In this document: positions 13,041 to 24,843 of the stretch, in pieces
Layout: every line of letters begins with the position of its first letter
Numbering within the stretch: position 1 is the stretch's first letter
Assembly: GCA_951406725.2 (NCBI GenBank)
Contig: OX597824.1
Location: forward strand, 66,960,001-67,024,000
DNA length: 64,000 nt
Direction of reading: 5' to 3'
DNA from: Octopus vulgaris
Lineage: Eukaryota
Made by a program: the position numbers and the translations under genes
Notes under the pieces: generated by a model
The model's input: only the letters and a program-made list of their open reading frames with translations
What the model was told of the DNA's origin: nothing
Databases searched by the model: none

Positions 13041-14542
13041 GATATGTGAAATACCTCAGTGTCATAAAGTCCTCATGCATCAGTGAAGTGTGTTATGGAA
13101 ACAAATCCTCTAAAGGGAGGAGGTATTTTCTTACAATAAAATACAACAGCGATCAGATAGTTACATTTGAATCTGCCAAAATGTATTGTGAATGGATACA
13201 TTATTGTTCTGATTCTTGTTTTGCATATGCCTCATGAATTTTTTTAAAAAACCTCCCAAAGTTGTATTTTTTTTCCTCATTTTTCAGTAATGAAAGTATA
13301 CCATAATTAAAATGTGTGACCCAACACAGAAAACGCCCTTTGTGCACTGATATCTCGAACATTTAAATTTAGCCATTAACTTTTAATTGCAGTTGACCTT
13401 CTTGCTGTCTAGTGCCAAAGAGAATGTCACACCTTACTAATTAAGTAATGATTACAACTGGTGATTAAGACTCCAAAGTGTAGCAGATAAAAACAACTGC
13501 TGATTTTTTATGTAACTAATTGAGAAACTTCACTGTCACTTAATCATTCACTTAACCCAGCCGAGAAAAAGACTGTGTGTGTGTGTGTGTTAGCTTTATG
13601 TTAGTTAAAATATGTTTGTGACATATTTCAACTTCTAAAGGCAAATCCACTGCATTTACTGTGGAGAAAAAAATTCTCTCTTATGATAAAAAGGTGTAAA
13701 AGTACCATATCTGCCCAGTATTGCCCCTGTCAAATTCCCATATATATATATATATAAAGATTTATTACTTGGTGGTGATTATTTTGTTTAGCTCTTGGTC
13801 AACCTTTAATGGGTAAACCTATAATCAAAAGCCTTGCTGTCATAGCCATCATGTCTTTTTTTGTATCAGTGCCCACACTCTCTGGTGTATCCTTTTTTTA
13901 TTTAAGACAATGAGTGATTTTTTTGTAAAATTTGGTTGCTATTTTTAGTTGGTTGAATGGCCTGTCCTCAGGTTTTTTCATTTACTCATTTTGATCATTT
14001 GTTTTACATTGTTAGAATTTAACTCTTGTTAAAGGAATGATTTGAAAGGATTCACTGATGTTATTGTCTTATATGTCATAAGTGAAGCTAAAGTGACCTC
14101 ACCACAGCAGATCATCGGTCTTTACTGAGGCAAAGGTGATGGTTAGTCCATATTACTCCATAAGGAGCAGTGAGGCTAGTTTCCTAGTTTCTCTAGCATA
14201 TATATATTCCTCCCTGGATGGGACACCAGTCTCTCACAGGATTACTCATCTTTACCAGCTGAATGGACTGGAGCAATGTCTGAACCCGGAAGCATGTGGT
14301 TGGTAAGCAAGCTACTTACTGCACAGCCATTCCTACATAATGGTTTCGAATTTTGGCACAAGGCTAGTAATTTCAGTAAGATGATTATATTGACCTCTGT
14401 ACTCAACTGTTACTTATTTTATTGATCCTGAAAGGGTGAAAGGCAAAGTTGACCATAGCAGAATTTGAACTTAGAATGTAAGGACAGATAAAATGCCTGA
14501 CGTACTAATGTATCTGCCAGCTCACCACCTTAATAATAATAA

Positions 14543-14942
14543 CACCAACCCCTATTAGTCACTGAGAATGATTGAGTTAATCTCATGTGAGATATGGCTA
14601 TGTATCACAGATAAGAAACTATAGCATAATTGACCAGATATCACCCTCCTACACACACAAAAAAGACAAAAACAAATACTAGTTCTTCACTGACATGGTG
14701 ATACATGCAGATCTGAAAAGAGATTAAAAAGTGGGTCCTCATTGGTACAGTGGTACCTGCTGATCAAAATGTTGTAAAGACAGAGAACGAAACTGTTGAA
14801 AGATATCAAGACCTGACATTTGAAGTGGAACATATTCATAGAGCCTCAAGAATGAGTGTGGTATCCATCGTGGTTGATGCACTGGGAAAAAATTCAAAGA
14901 ACACAAGAAATTGAATTACAAGATATCATTGAAGATAATAAT

Positions 14943-14969
<27 letters not shown>
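14543..14969 (+). mobile_element. 3' remnant of an R4/Dong-clade non-LTR retrotransposon (restriction-like endonuclease domain)
   Basis: Decayed translation ..TDKKL*HN*PDIT..WVLIGTVVPADQNVVKTENETVERYQDLTFEVEHIHRASRMSVVSIVVDALG; (TAA)n on both sides. Confidence 0.75.
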
Positions 14970-14974
<5 letters not shown>

Positions 14975-15044
14975 ATATCAGCCTATCTAAATTTGTGCTC
15001 TTATACTGTTGCAATTATTGTTTTTCATAAGAAAGTCTCAAACA

Positions 15045-15440
15045 AAGCAAGAGGCCACTACATGTAAGGGACTATAAAGGAGAAATTAAGATGAAAGAAA
15101 TGAATTTACTTTAGTTTGAAAGAGTTCATGTCACAAGGAGGTGGAAAACTGTGATGGAAGAGTGTTCCAAAGTCTGGCAGTTCCTTATTAGTGGAAGCAC
15201 AGCTGCATTTGGATGAAGATGCTGTGAGTTTCAAATCAGGCAAGATGGCACGAAGTGATCTGGAACTAAGAAAGTTCATCAGAGCATTCTTGTGACAATA
15301 AGTAGTTGTAAATTTTGGTACATATGAATGAATTCTAACTCTTCAGTTTTATTTGGAGAAAATCATGCAAGTTTTACTGTTACCTGGGGTTGATAAAAGC
15401 AGCGATGTGATCTAGGTTTTTGATGGCCTGATGTTCATAA
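15045..15440 (-). mobile_element. 3' end of an L2/Jockey-like LINE
   Basis: Minus-strand translation TARLWNTLPS..DMNSFK, the typical post-RT C-terminus. Confidence 0.55.
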
Positions 15441-15945
15441 GTGGCGTTGCCTTTATAACAATCTCTTCCACATCTCTCTCTCTGTATCTCTGGATTTATC
15501 AACTGAGTAGAATATGTTGAACGGAAGACATCTAATAACATGTAACTCTTTTGATACCAACCTGCCTGAGACTGCTCCTGGTTCTCTGATACAAATTTCC
15601 TGTTTTAAAATGATCAGAATTAAAACCTTATGTCAAAATTCCATGTTAATTTATGTTTTGGGGTATCAGATTAATAATGACCTGTCATTCTACTCATCAT
15701 CACCATCAACATCATCATTGTTTTATCATCTACTTTTCCATGCTTGCATGGGTTGGACAGAGTTTATTGAGGTGGATTTTCTATGACTTGATGCCTTTCC
15801 TATTGCTAACCCTCACACATTTCCAAGCAAGGTAACATTTCCCCATGGTGAGACGTTTTTCATGGAAGACTGGAAATAAATAACATTGCTTCAATCATGA
15901 TGACACTCGTTTATGACTATCATGCAATGTCAAGACAAACACACA

Positions 15946-15985
<40 letters not shown>

Positions 15986-17102
15986 GACACACACACACAC
16001 ACACAATGGACTTCTTTCAGTTTCTCTAATAAATCCACTCTCAGTTTTGGTTGGCCTGGGGCTATAGTAAAAAACACTTGGTTAAAGTGCCACATAGTCG
16101 GTTTGAACCTGAATCCACATGGTTGGGAAGGAAACTTCTTTACCTTACAGCCACACCAGCACCTCAGAATTATTAAATTCTTCATTATTTTCAAAACTGA
16201 TGGAAGAAACAACTGAAATACAACAACAAAATATGTTAAAACATGTCCATTGTTTTCACTAGTTGGCTTTAAAGATGAAATCCAATCCTATCTTCAGCTA
16301 TATTTTCCATAGTGTTTTCTTGGCTAATTTTATTAGCATTATCTCTCTTGCATTTTAATTTTAAACATCTATCTTGCAAGAATGTTCAGTATTGAGGTTG
16401 GGTATGAATTATATCAATTAATCTCAGGTGGGATTGGGCAGCTTGGATGGATCATAAGCACTGTCCCTCCTCCTTTGAACAGATTCAATTTTTTTTTGAA
16501 AATATCCATATTTATTATTTTGTGACTGAGCGTGTGTATGTATGAGAGGGCTTGTGCATATGAGAGTATGTGCATATCAGAGACAGTGTATGTGAGAGAG
16601 AGAGAGAGTGTGTGTGTGTAGGAGAGTGTGAGTTTGTGTGTGAGACAGTCGGTGTGAGAGAGAGAGAAAGTGAGTGTGTATGTGAATGAGAGAGAGAGAG
16701 AGAGAGAGTATATGCATGATAAAAAAAGTGAATGAGAGTGTGTTTGTGTGTTTTTGTGTGTGTTTGCATCTCTTTTCTTCCATCTGTTTGTATAGAAATT
16801 TTCTTGCATTCTGCTGCTTGTATTTTAAAGTGTTGTTGTGTTGTTGGTTGCCCTTATGACAAATAAAGAACATGCCATTTTGTTATCATTGCCATTGTTC
16901 TTATAACTTGATTTCATTTCTTAATTCCTTCTCCTTTACAGGATGTGCTTAATCCCTACCCATTTATTTCTGGGTATTGTTACAGTTAGTTATAATTAGC
17001 CCTAAGCGAGAATTAGCCACAGTTCCTGTTGTTTCAGTGGTAACAGGTGTATGTGTGTGTGTGCACGTGTGCATGTGTGTGTGTGTGTGCATGCTTGCAT
17101 GT

Positions 17103-17138
<36 letters not shown>

Positions 17139-18884
17139 ATATGTGTACATATGTGAGAGAGAATACAGGCAGAGATTTGTGACCTTTGAGGTAACTGGGA
17201 GTAAAAATCATTATGCCAGCTATAATCTTAATTTATTCCATATAAGGAAATATTTCTTTATAAATTCTTATAAAATAATTGTGGGTCTTTAAACTTGAAG
17301 GGGTAACAAGCTTGCAGGGTTAACCGATAAAAGATTAAGATAGTGTTTCAATTTTGGATTTCTGCTCCAAAATAGTTGTATGTTATTGCTGCTGTTTAGC
17401 TTCAGGTCAATCTTGATCAAACAGATATATAATCAGATGTATTCCAGAAATTTTCTCATCCATGCTTCTTTATTTAAGATGGGATGGTTTGATTTGAGGG
17501 TGATTTCCCTGCTTTACCTAAGCAAGTCAAGTGACCACATTCCCCTTTGCTGGTCCTCCAAAAATTGTTTTTAGGGCAAGGCTAGAAATATTTCTTCGTA
17601 ATTATTTTATAATTATTTATTTACTTGCTGGTAGATAAGGAAAACTGAATGTATGAACCTGATATGAACTTTGTAAGTTGCATTACTAGCTCCCTGTGTA
17701 GGGTAGCAGTAACTCTGAATAACAGCTGAAAAAGCAGAGGACACTCCTCAGTCTATCTTGCATTTTGTAAGTGTGTGAGAGAGAGAGAAAATATGGAGAC
17801 ATGCTTTTTGCTCTAAGTACAAGGTTTGAAATTTTAGTGAGAGGTCTGATTACATTGGTTCTAGTGCTCAACTAATACCTATTTTATCCACTTTGAAAAG
17901 ATAAAAGGTGAGGTCAGCCTCGATGGAATTTGAACTCCGTACACAGAGCCAGAAGAAATACTGTTAAGCATTTTTTACCAATGTGCTAATAGTTCTACCA
18001 ATCACTGCCTTCATCTATAGAGACATATTACTTTTATTATAGCTTTAGGCTGATCAGAGCCTTATTAGTGAATTTGGTAAATGGAAACTGAAAAAAGCCC
18101 TTTGTGTGTGTGTGTGTCTCCTTGTCTTGACATCACATGATAGTTGTAAGCAAGTGTCACTGTCATAGAAGCAGTGTTGTTTGTTTCCAATGTTCTGTGA
18201 AAACATGTCAAGACAGGGGGAAATATTACCTTGCTTGGAAACAGTTGGCAACAGGAAGGGCATCCAGCTATAGAAAATGTGCTTCAATAAAATTCCATCT
18301 AACCCATGGAAAAATGGATGTTAAAACAATGACGGTGATGATGATTACACCTTTTGGTCTTGGAGGCTACAAGGCAACCTCACTAGTGCTGGTATCACAT
18401 TAAAATGCAGTCAGTACACTCTGTGAAGTCCTTGACAAATGAGTGGAGATGATATAAATTTGAGAGGACCCTTAATCTTGTTGAGGACATTTCAACATCT
18501 CTCATACTGGCGTCATGACAAAATGCACCAAATACTCTATGTAAAGTGGCTGGTGTTAGAAAGGAGTTTGAACAATACAAACCAAAATGAAATATGTGCA
18601 AGACAGTCCTCCAATCCATCTAGATGAGTGGTAACTCCAAATAAAAATGACTTGGACTATGATAACCCATCCAAGTTGTGGTGTTGGCAAAGGTGATGAT
18701 GTTGATGATGATGAGAACGACTTGTTTAATTGGTATTTGCTTTACTTCAGTTTTGGTTTTCAAATATGGTAGTTATTTTACTTGCACTCTGTATAAACTA
18801 CTCAACCTGAACCCTAATTTTATTTATTTTTTGATTTCCATAGGTATTGGTGATCTAGAGAACAGTGGCAGTGGAGAGTTTCCC

Positions 18885-18976
18885 ATGCAAATTCCAAGAT
18901 CTTGTTCCCCTCGTCCCTTTCATTACGACTATGCTGACTACCCTTCACATCAGTATGAAGAGGTCCCTATACAAAC
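18885..18976 (+). CDS. Uncharacterized type II transmembrane protein, coding exon 1 (MQIPRSCSPRPFHYDYADYPSHQYEEVPIQT)
   Basis: Exon starts at 18844 after polypyrimidine..TAG; ATG at 18885; donor GTAAGT at 18977, phase 2. The true start could be upstream if another exon supplies an ATG. Confidence 0.8.
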
Positions 18977-19493
18977 GTAAGTAACTCTTTTATAGGTTTC
19001 AATGTTGCAAAAAAAAAAAAAGTGATTGAAGAAAATTGGAAAGGATTGTTTTTCTTTCAACCTAGATTCTTAATCCTGTTGACCTATGATCAAAGATATT
19101 ACAGCCATGAACAGTCTGTTTTTGCTGAAAGTATCTAGGCCTATGTTAACTAATATGGTTAGGATGGGTTTTGACAGATTTGACTGTTATTTCTAGCAAA
19201 TTGAATGACTGAGGTGGCACATTTTGGCTCATAAATTTGAACAACAATGTCATTGATAGGACTCAAAATCTTGTACATATTGCTTATCTGATGACCTCAT
19301 TGCTTTCTGTTCCTCTGTTAGATTAGAACTCAATAAATCTGAAGAAGAAGTTTCTAAACTGTATGTAGCAACACTTTAGTAGGACAACTAGTGTGTTGCT
19401 ACTAATCTCTAGGGTGTTATGACACTTTAGGGTGTTGCCAATAATCTCCTACAGTGTTGTGACATTTCAGTGTATCATTGATGTTGGCATACC

Positions 19494-20067
19494 CACATAA
19501 GTGTGCGCTCCTTGAGCCTGTTTCCTCTTAACTTACAGAAAAATAAATATTTTTAATGAAATTTTCTACAAATACCGTTCAGATGATGTAGATTATAATT
19601 ATATCAGAATTTGATATGAAACAAACAGGTGGGCTTACTTACTGAGGCATCATATATATCTACAAAATGAAACTTAAAAGTTCGAGAAAACTGTATATGC
19701 TTGTGCACTCAGCAATTCTTTTTTTTCTTCATATTAACTTCTGATATAATTGTAATTTACACCATTTGAAAGGTATTTTGTAGAAAATTTCACTAGAAAT
19801 GTACTAATTTTTCTAAAAGTGGTGGTGCCCCAGCATGGCTGCAATCTTAATGAATGAAATAAATAGACAATGATAAAAGAAGAAACAAGGTTGATTTGTG
19901 TGAATTAGCTGAAACTCCTCTCTATGCCCACCTCCAAAAGGTTTTCCCAGTAAATTCCAGTGTAATTGGAATCTACACTATCTGAAAGGTATTTATGGAA
20001 AATTTCCTTGAAAAATATCCAATCTTTCTGAAAGTTAGGAGGAAACAGTCAGTGGGGCATACTTGTG
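19494..20067. mobile_element. Non-autonomous DNA transposon with ~115-bp inverted arms and CAC..GTG termini
   Basis: 19494-19612 is mirrored at 19945-20067 and partly at 19735-19820; splits a ~40-bp minisatellite (19385-19470 and 20085-20165). Confidence 0.6.
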
Positions 20068-20282
20068 CAATTATACTCTGATGTTTAGGTATGTCATGAC
20101 ACTGTTACCAATAATCTCTGGGTGTGTTGAAACATATCGGTATGTTACTGATAATCTCTAGGTGAATCATAAAATTATGTGAAAAAAATAATCAATTTTT
20201 AATAATATTTGGCTGAGAGCTGACAGTTCTGTGAAGAATTAGATAAGTGACTGTTGATTTGTGATATGATATACTCTCTTGA

Positions 20283-20686
20283 CTCTTTTACTTGTTTCAG
20301 TCATTTGACTGCAGCCATGCTGGAGCACTGCTTTTAGTCAAGCAAATCGACCCCAGGACTTATTCTTTGTAAGCCTAGTACTTATTGTATCTGTCTCTTT
20401 TGCAGAACCGCTAAGTTATGGGGATGTAAGCACACCACCATCGGTTGTCATGTGATGTTGGTGGGACGGGGTCAAACACAGACACACAAACATATACACA
20501 CACATACAAATATACATGTATACGATGGGCTTCCTTCAGTTTCTGTCTACCAAATCCACTCACAAGGCTTTGGTCAGCCCGAGGCTATAGTAGAAGACAC
20601 TTGCCCAAGGTGCCACTCAGCAGGACTGAACCCAGAACCATGTGGTTGGTAAGCAAGCTGCTTACTACACAGCCACTCCTGCACCT
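20283..20686 (-). mobile_element. SINE family A, full length
   Basis: Near-identical to the reverse complement of 33910-34311. Confidence 0.9.
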
Positions 20687-20904
20687 ATGAATATTTCTAA
20701 GGAAGTAATATTCTTTATTATACTTTGGATGATAATTAGATATAATTGATTGATAAAATGGTTATTTATAACAACAATTAACGAGCTGTTGCTATAAATA
20801 ACCATTCAACTTTGATTTCTCTCTCTTCTTTGTAAATTAATTTTAAAAAAAAAAACAAGTATATTTATCTTTTTTGTATTTTCTTTTTTCATCTTAACTC
20901 CCAG

Positions 20905-21012
20905 GCCATCTTATTCCCGTGATGATTCCCAGCTTGGTAGACCAACATTTAATTCCTCATCAGACATTCCAAATGAAGAGGAGAACCAATCACAATCACA
21001 TTCAGAATCCAG
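20905..21012 (+). CDS. Type II membrane protein, coding exon 2 (PSYSRDDSQLGRPTFNSSSDIPNEEENQSQSHSES)
   Basis: Long pyrimidine tract + CAG acceptor, AG|GTAAGA donor, 108 nt, phase 2 to 2, open frame. Confidence 0.85.
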
Positions 21013-21778
21013 GTAAGAAATAGATGTCTTCTTTTTGTCTTTGTTCTTCTGAACTTGTAAGTAGTGTATGTATATGCATCCATGTGTTTGTGCATGCATC
21101 TATGTATATATATATGTGTATGCATGGATAAAAGGCACATGGTCCGCATCCTCTTATTGATGCAATAGTCTACTTAACCATAAAATAGGTAAAAGATACT
21201 GTGGGGAGGCACAGTTTACTTCTGTAAATAGTGGAAACACTGTCTGATGAAATGTTTCTGTAGTGCATTGTGTTGAACTAAAAACACAAACCTGTGTACT
21301 TTAATTTGTGTGGCTGACAATAAAATTCCACTCTTACTTCACATTTCTGCTCTCAAGTATTCTTCCCAGACATCTGATGCCACATATTTGTTGTGAAATA
21401 CATCTTATGTCAACTGATGTGCTATACATCTGGTGTTCCCATGCATTTGGTATATTATTTCATTTCTTGTGTCTCTCACATCTGTTGAGCTATACAACTA
21501 TTGCACCACACATCTGTAGGACTACATAGCCATAACCAGCAATACCACATATCTGTAATGCTATGCTTACACTGCTATACCCCATTTTTTGGCATACAAG
21601 TTGAACTTTTCAAACCAAAATTTGTTGCCGAGAATGATAGGTTGACTTGTACACCAAAACAACTTTGGAGGACCAAAATTTCCATGTGAAATGCAGCAGG
21701 ATTTGGAAAGATAGTGACGATGTTTTCATGTTTACACTATGTACTACATTGACTGTTTTCCAGAAAATATGGTACATG

Positions 21779-22236
21779 ACTGGCATCCGTGCTAGTGGAG
21801 CGCTAAGAGTACCATTCGAGCGTGATCATTGCCAGAGCAACAAGCTGGCCTCCGTGCTGATGGCACGTAAAAAGCACCATTCGAGCGTGATCGTTACCTG
21901 CATCGCTTTACTGGCACTTGTACTGGTGGCACATGAAAAACCATTCGAGCGAGGTCATTGCCAGTGCCGCTGGACTGGCTCCTGTGCAGGTGGCACATAA
22001 AAAGCACCATTTGAGCATGGCCAATACCAGTACCGCCTAACCGGCCCCGTGCCAGTGGCATGTAAAAGCACCCACTACACTCTCGGAGAGGTTGGTGTTA
22101 GGAAGGGCATCCAACTGTAGAAACTCTGCCAGATCAGATTGGAGTCTGGTGCAACCATCTGGTTCACCAGACCTCAGTCAAATCGTCCAACCCATGCTAG
22201 CATGGAGAGCTGACGTCAAACGATGATGATGATGAT
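21779..22236 (+). mobile_element. RTE-tail-type retroelement end with internal ~65-67-bp tandem units and (GAT)n tail
   Basis: Four to five units containing CACCATTCGAGCG; tail AGGAAGGGCATCCA.CTGTAGAAAC..CCATGC.AGCATGG..(GAT)n recurs at 2700-2870, 5470-5645, 26430-26570, 41060-41275. Confidence 0.7.
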
Positions 22237-22681
22237 CTCCTATTCTATATGTCTGACACAAGTTTATACAGACTCTTCATCAATATAATTACACCCAGCC
22301 ATTCAGAAGTTCACTTATATGTATAGCATACTGTTGGAGGTGCTGGGGATAGCAGTGTGTTTAATAGTTGTTTCAGCTTCAGGAAGATGTGAAAGGATAA
22401 CAAAGCATATCAAACTTTTTGATAAATTTCAGATCAAATTATTCTTCTGAAACCAAGAACAGAGAATGCCTCCAATCTTTATCATTGTGCTAAGTCTTTT
22501 TTTTTCTTTTTTTTTGTTCTGTATGTGTGTTTTCTAATTTTATTCTGAAATATGATAGATAGTGAGACCTTATCAGCAAGAAAAATAAAAATGAAAAATA
22601 AAACAGTGATAAGGGTGATAATGATTCCCAGTACATCTGTTGCCTAACAATTTCTCCAGCAGTTATTCTTTTGTCTTTCAG

Positions 22682-22881
22682 TCGTAAAAGAGTAAACCCA
22701 TTATATGAAGCTGTGTGCAAGACTGGTTTGAACCAGAATGATAATCAATTTAAACTCCCTCCAAATGAGTCCATCTATAAACAATTCCATTGTCTCCGCG
22801 TGGCCTTCACCCTGGTTGTTGCTGTTGTTCTCCTCTCATTAATTGCTATCACAACTGTCATCCTTTTAAATGAACCAAAAG
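22682..22881 (+). CDS. Type II membrane protein, coding exon 3 (NPLY motif and TM helix VAFTLVVAVVLLSLIAITTVILL)
   Basis: TTTCAG acceptor, AAG|GTAAAT donor, 200 nt, phase 2 to 1; 23-aa hydrophobic stretch preceded by a basic residue. Confidence 0.9.
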
Positions 22882-23827
22882 GTAAATAATTGTTTCTTTG
22901 TTAATTATCAGATCACAATATCTGGGGCAATAAAAATTTACAAGACCATAAGATTCAAACGATGATGATTAAAACAAGATGCTTTCCTTTACAACCTCAC
23001 TACCAAGTTGGTAGCTGATTAAAAGGAGAAAAGGAATACAAACATACATACATTCATGCCCACATACATTCATACGCACACACATACATACCCATATACA
23101 TACATACATTCATACCCACATACATTCATACACACATATATACATACATACCCACATACATACATATGCATTTATGCACACATTCATGTTTGCTTAAGCC
23201 CGTTGGTCCTTATGAAACACAGGTCATTGATGACTTTATTCCATTGTTATCAACTCTGGGTTGTAGGGCCTTCCCTTCTCAGACTTTGTTAGTTTTGAAC
23301 TGTTATTGATGCTTCTGTAAGTTAGCTTTTTTCTTGGTAGGAATGTTGGCTTTATGCAAACCTATTTCTATCTCTGAGAAGAAGTGGTCCTTATAGGCCA
23401 GGCCTCTATCCTTTGACCTCTCTAGCATGGGAAGTCTTATCAGGAGCTTGTGCTTTGCTGGCTTAGCTCTCAGGGTCACTGAGACATATTAACCACCCAG
23501 GGTCTTGACCTTGTGGTGGACGCATACCTGTGATAATAGGATGGGCATCCAGCTACAGAAATGAAGCCAAAAATTAAATATTCAAGTGAATGTGATCCTC
23601 CAAGTTATCTGAAAGAGAAGAAGAACTGGCTTGGATCATGACGAGACATCCAACCCATGCCAGCATGGAAAGCAGACCCTTCTGGGGTCAATAAATTAAG
23701 TACCATTTGCATACTGAGGTTGATCTGATCAACTGGCTCCCTCCCCCAAAATTTCGGGCCTTGTGCCTAGAGTAGAAAAGAATATATATATGGACTCTAA
23801 AGTATTGTTTCTCTTTAATATTTACAG

Positions 23828-23892
23828 AAAATGGTAATTTGCTAAAGGAATTCCAAGAATTAAAAAACAAACACATGTTATTAGAAAGAAAG
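23828..23892 (+). CDS. Type II membrane protein, coding exon 4 (ENGNLLKEFQELKNKHMLLERK, coiled coil)
   Basis: TTTACAG acceptor, AAG|GTAAGT donor, 65 nt, phase 1 to 0. Confidence 0.85.
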
Positions 23893-24534
23893 GTAAGTTG
23901 AACATGTACATATTGTGATTGTTCTCTGAGTCTAAACCTGTTGGTTGTTGAAAACTGCCAACAAATTAGTGGAATGACATTATAAGGTTTATTTACACTG
24001 ATATATTTTGTAAACACACATTGTTACTCACCCTCCCACCAATTCATGACCACTTCTACTGATTAACACTATTGCAACTATCTCTGTACTAAACTAAATA
24101 ATCTAGTCATAGTAATAATAATGGATTCTCCCATTGATGATAACATATGAGTGTTCAACCAAATGACAAGTCGTTTATAGTGATCGAATGTATGTGCTTA
24201 CATTAGCTCACTCCCTCCATCAAATCAACATTGTCTGGACAGGTGTACAGTGTACCATGCCTCAGGTGTCAAAGTGATTGCAGAGCAATCTGAGATAAAG
24301 TGTTTTGCTCAAGAACAACGTGCCGCCTGATCTAGGAACTGAAACCATGATCTTGTGATTGTGAATGCAACAGCCTAACCACTAGGCCATGTGTCCTCAC
24401 TAACACTAATAATAGTAATAATCCTTTCTACTAAAGGCACAAGGCCTGAAATTTTGGCGGAGGGGACTAGTTGATTACACTAGTACTTAATTTATTGATC
24501 CTGATAAATACGTATATATATATATATATATATA

Positions 24535-24843
24535 TCACCGTGATCACCATGACCGACCAGGCTATCAGATGTTGCTACATATCGCTGGTCACAATGCACT
24601 TCGCATTGTTTTAGCCTTCAAATGATGCCACAACACTGGCTAAGCAAACAGGCCAACAGAAGAAAGAGTGAGAGAAAGTTGTGGCGAAAGAGTACAGCAG
24701 GGATCACCACCACCCGCTGCCGGAACCTCGTGGAGCTTTAGGTGTTTTTGCTCAATAAACACTCACAATGCCCGGTCAGGGAATCGAAACCGCGATCCTA
24801 CGACCGCGAGTCCACTACTCTAACCACTGGGCCATTGCACCTC
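24535..24843 (-). mobile_element. tRNA(Arg)-like SINE, family C
   Basis: A-box TGGCCCAGTGG, TCG anticodon-like loop, B-box GGTTTCGATTCCC; related copy at 56821-57125. Confidence 0.8.

Noticed and set aside
21779-22075. CRISPR-like array of ~66-bp units
   Set aside because: Eukaryotic context, no cas genes, the spacer-like parts are homologous to each other, and the array runs into a retroelement tail with (GAT)n.
24770-24843. tRNA gene (also 43127-43200 and 56821-56895)
   Set aside because: A and B boxes are present but each continues into a repeated SINE body, so these are SINE heads.
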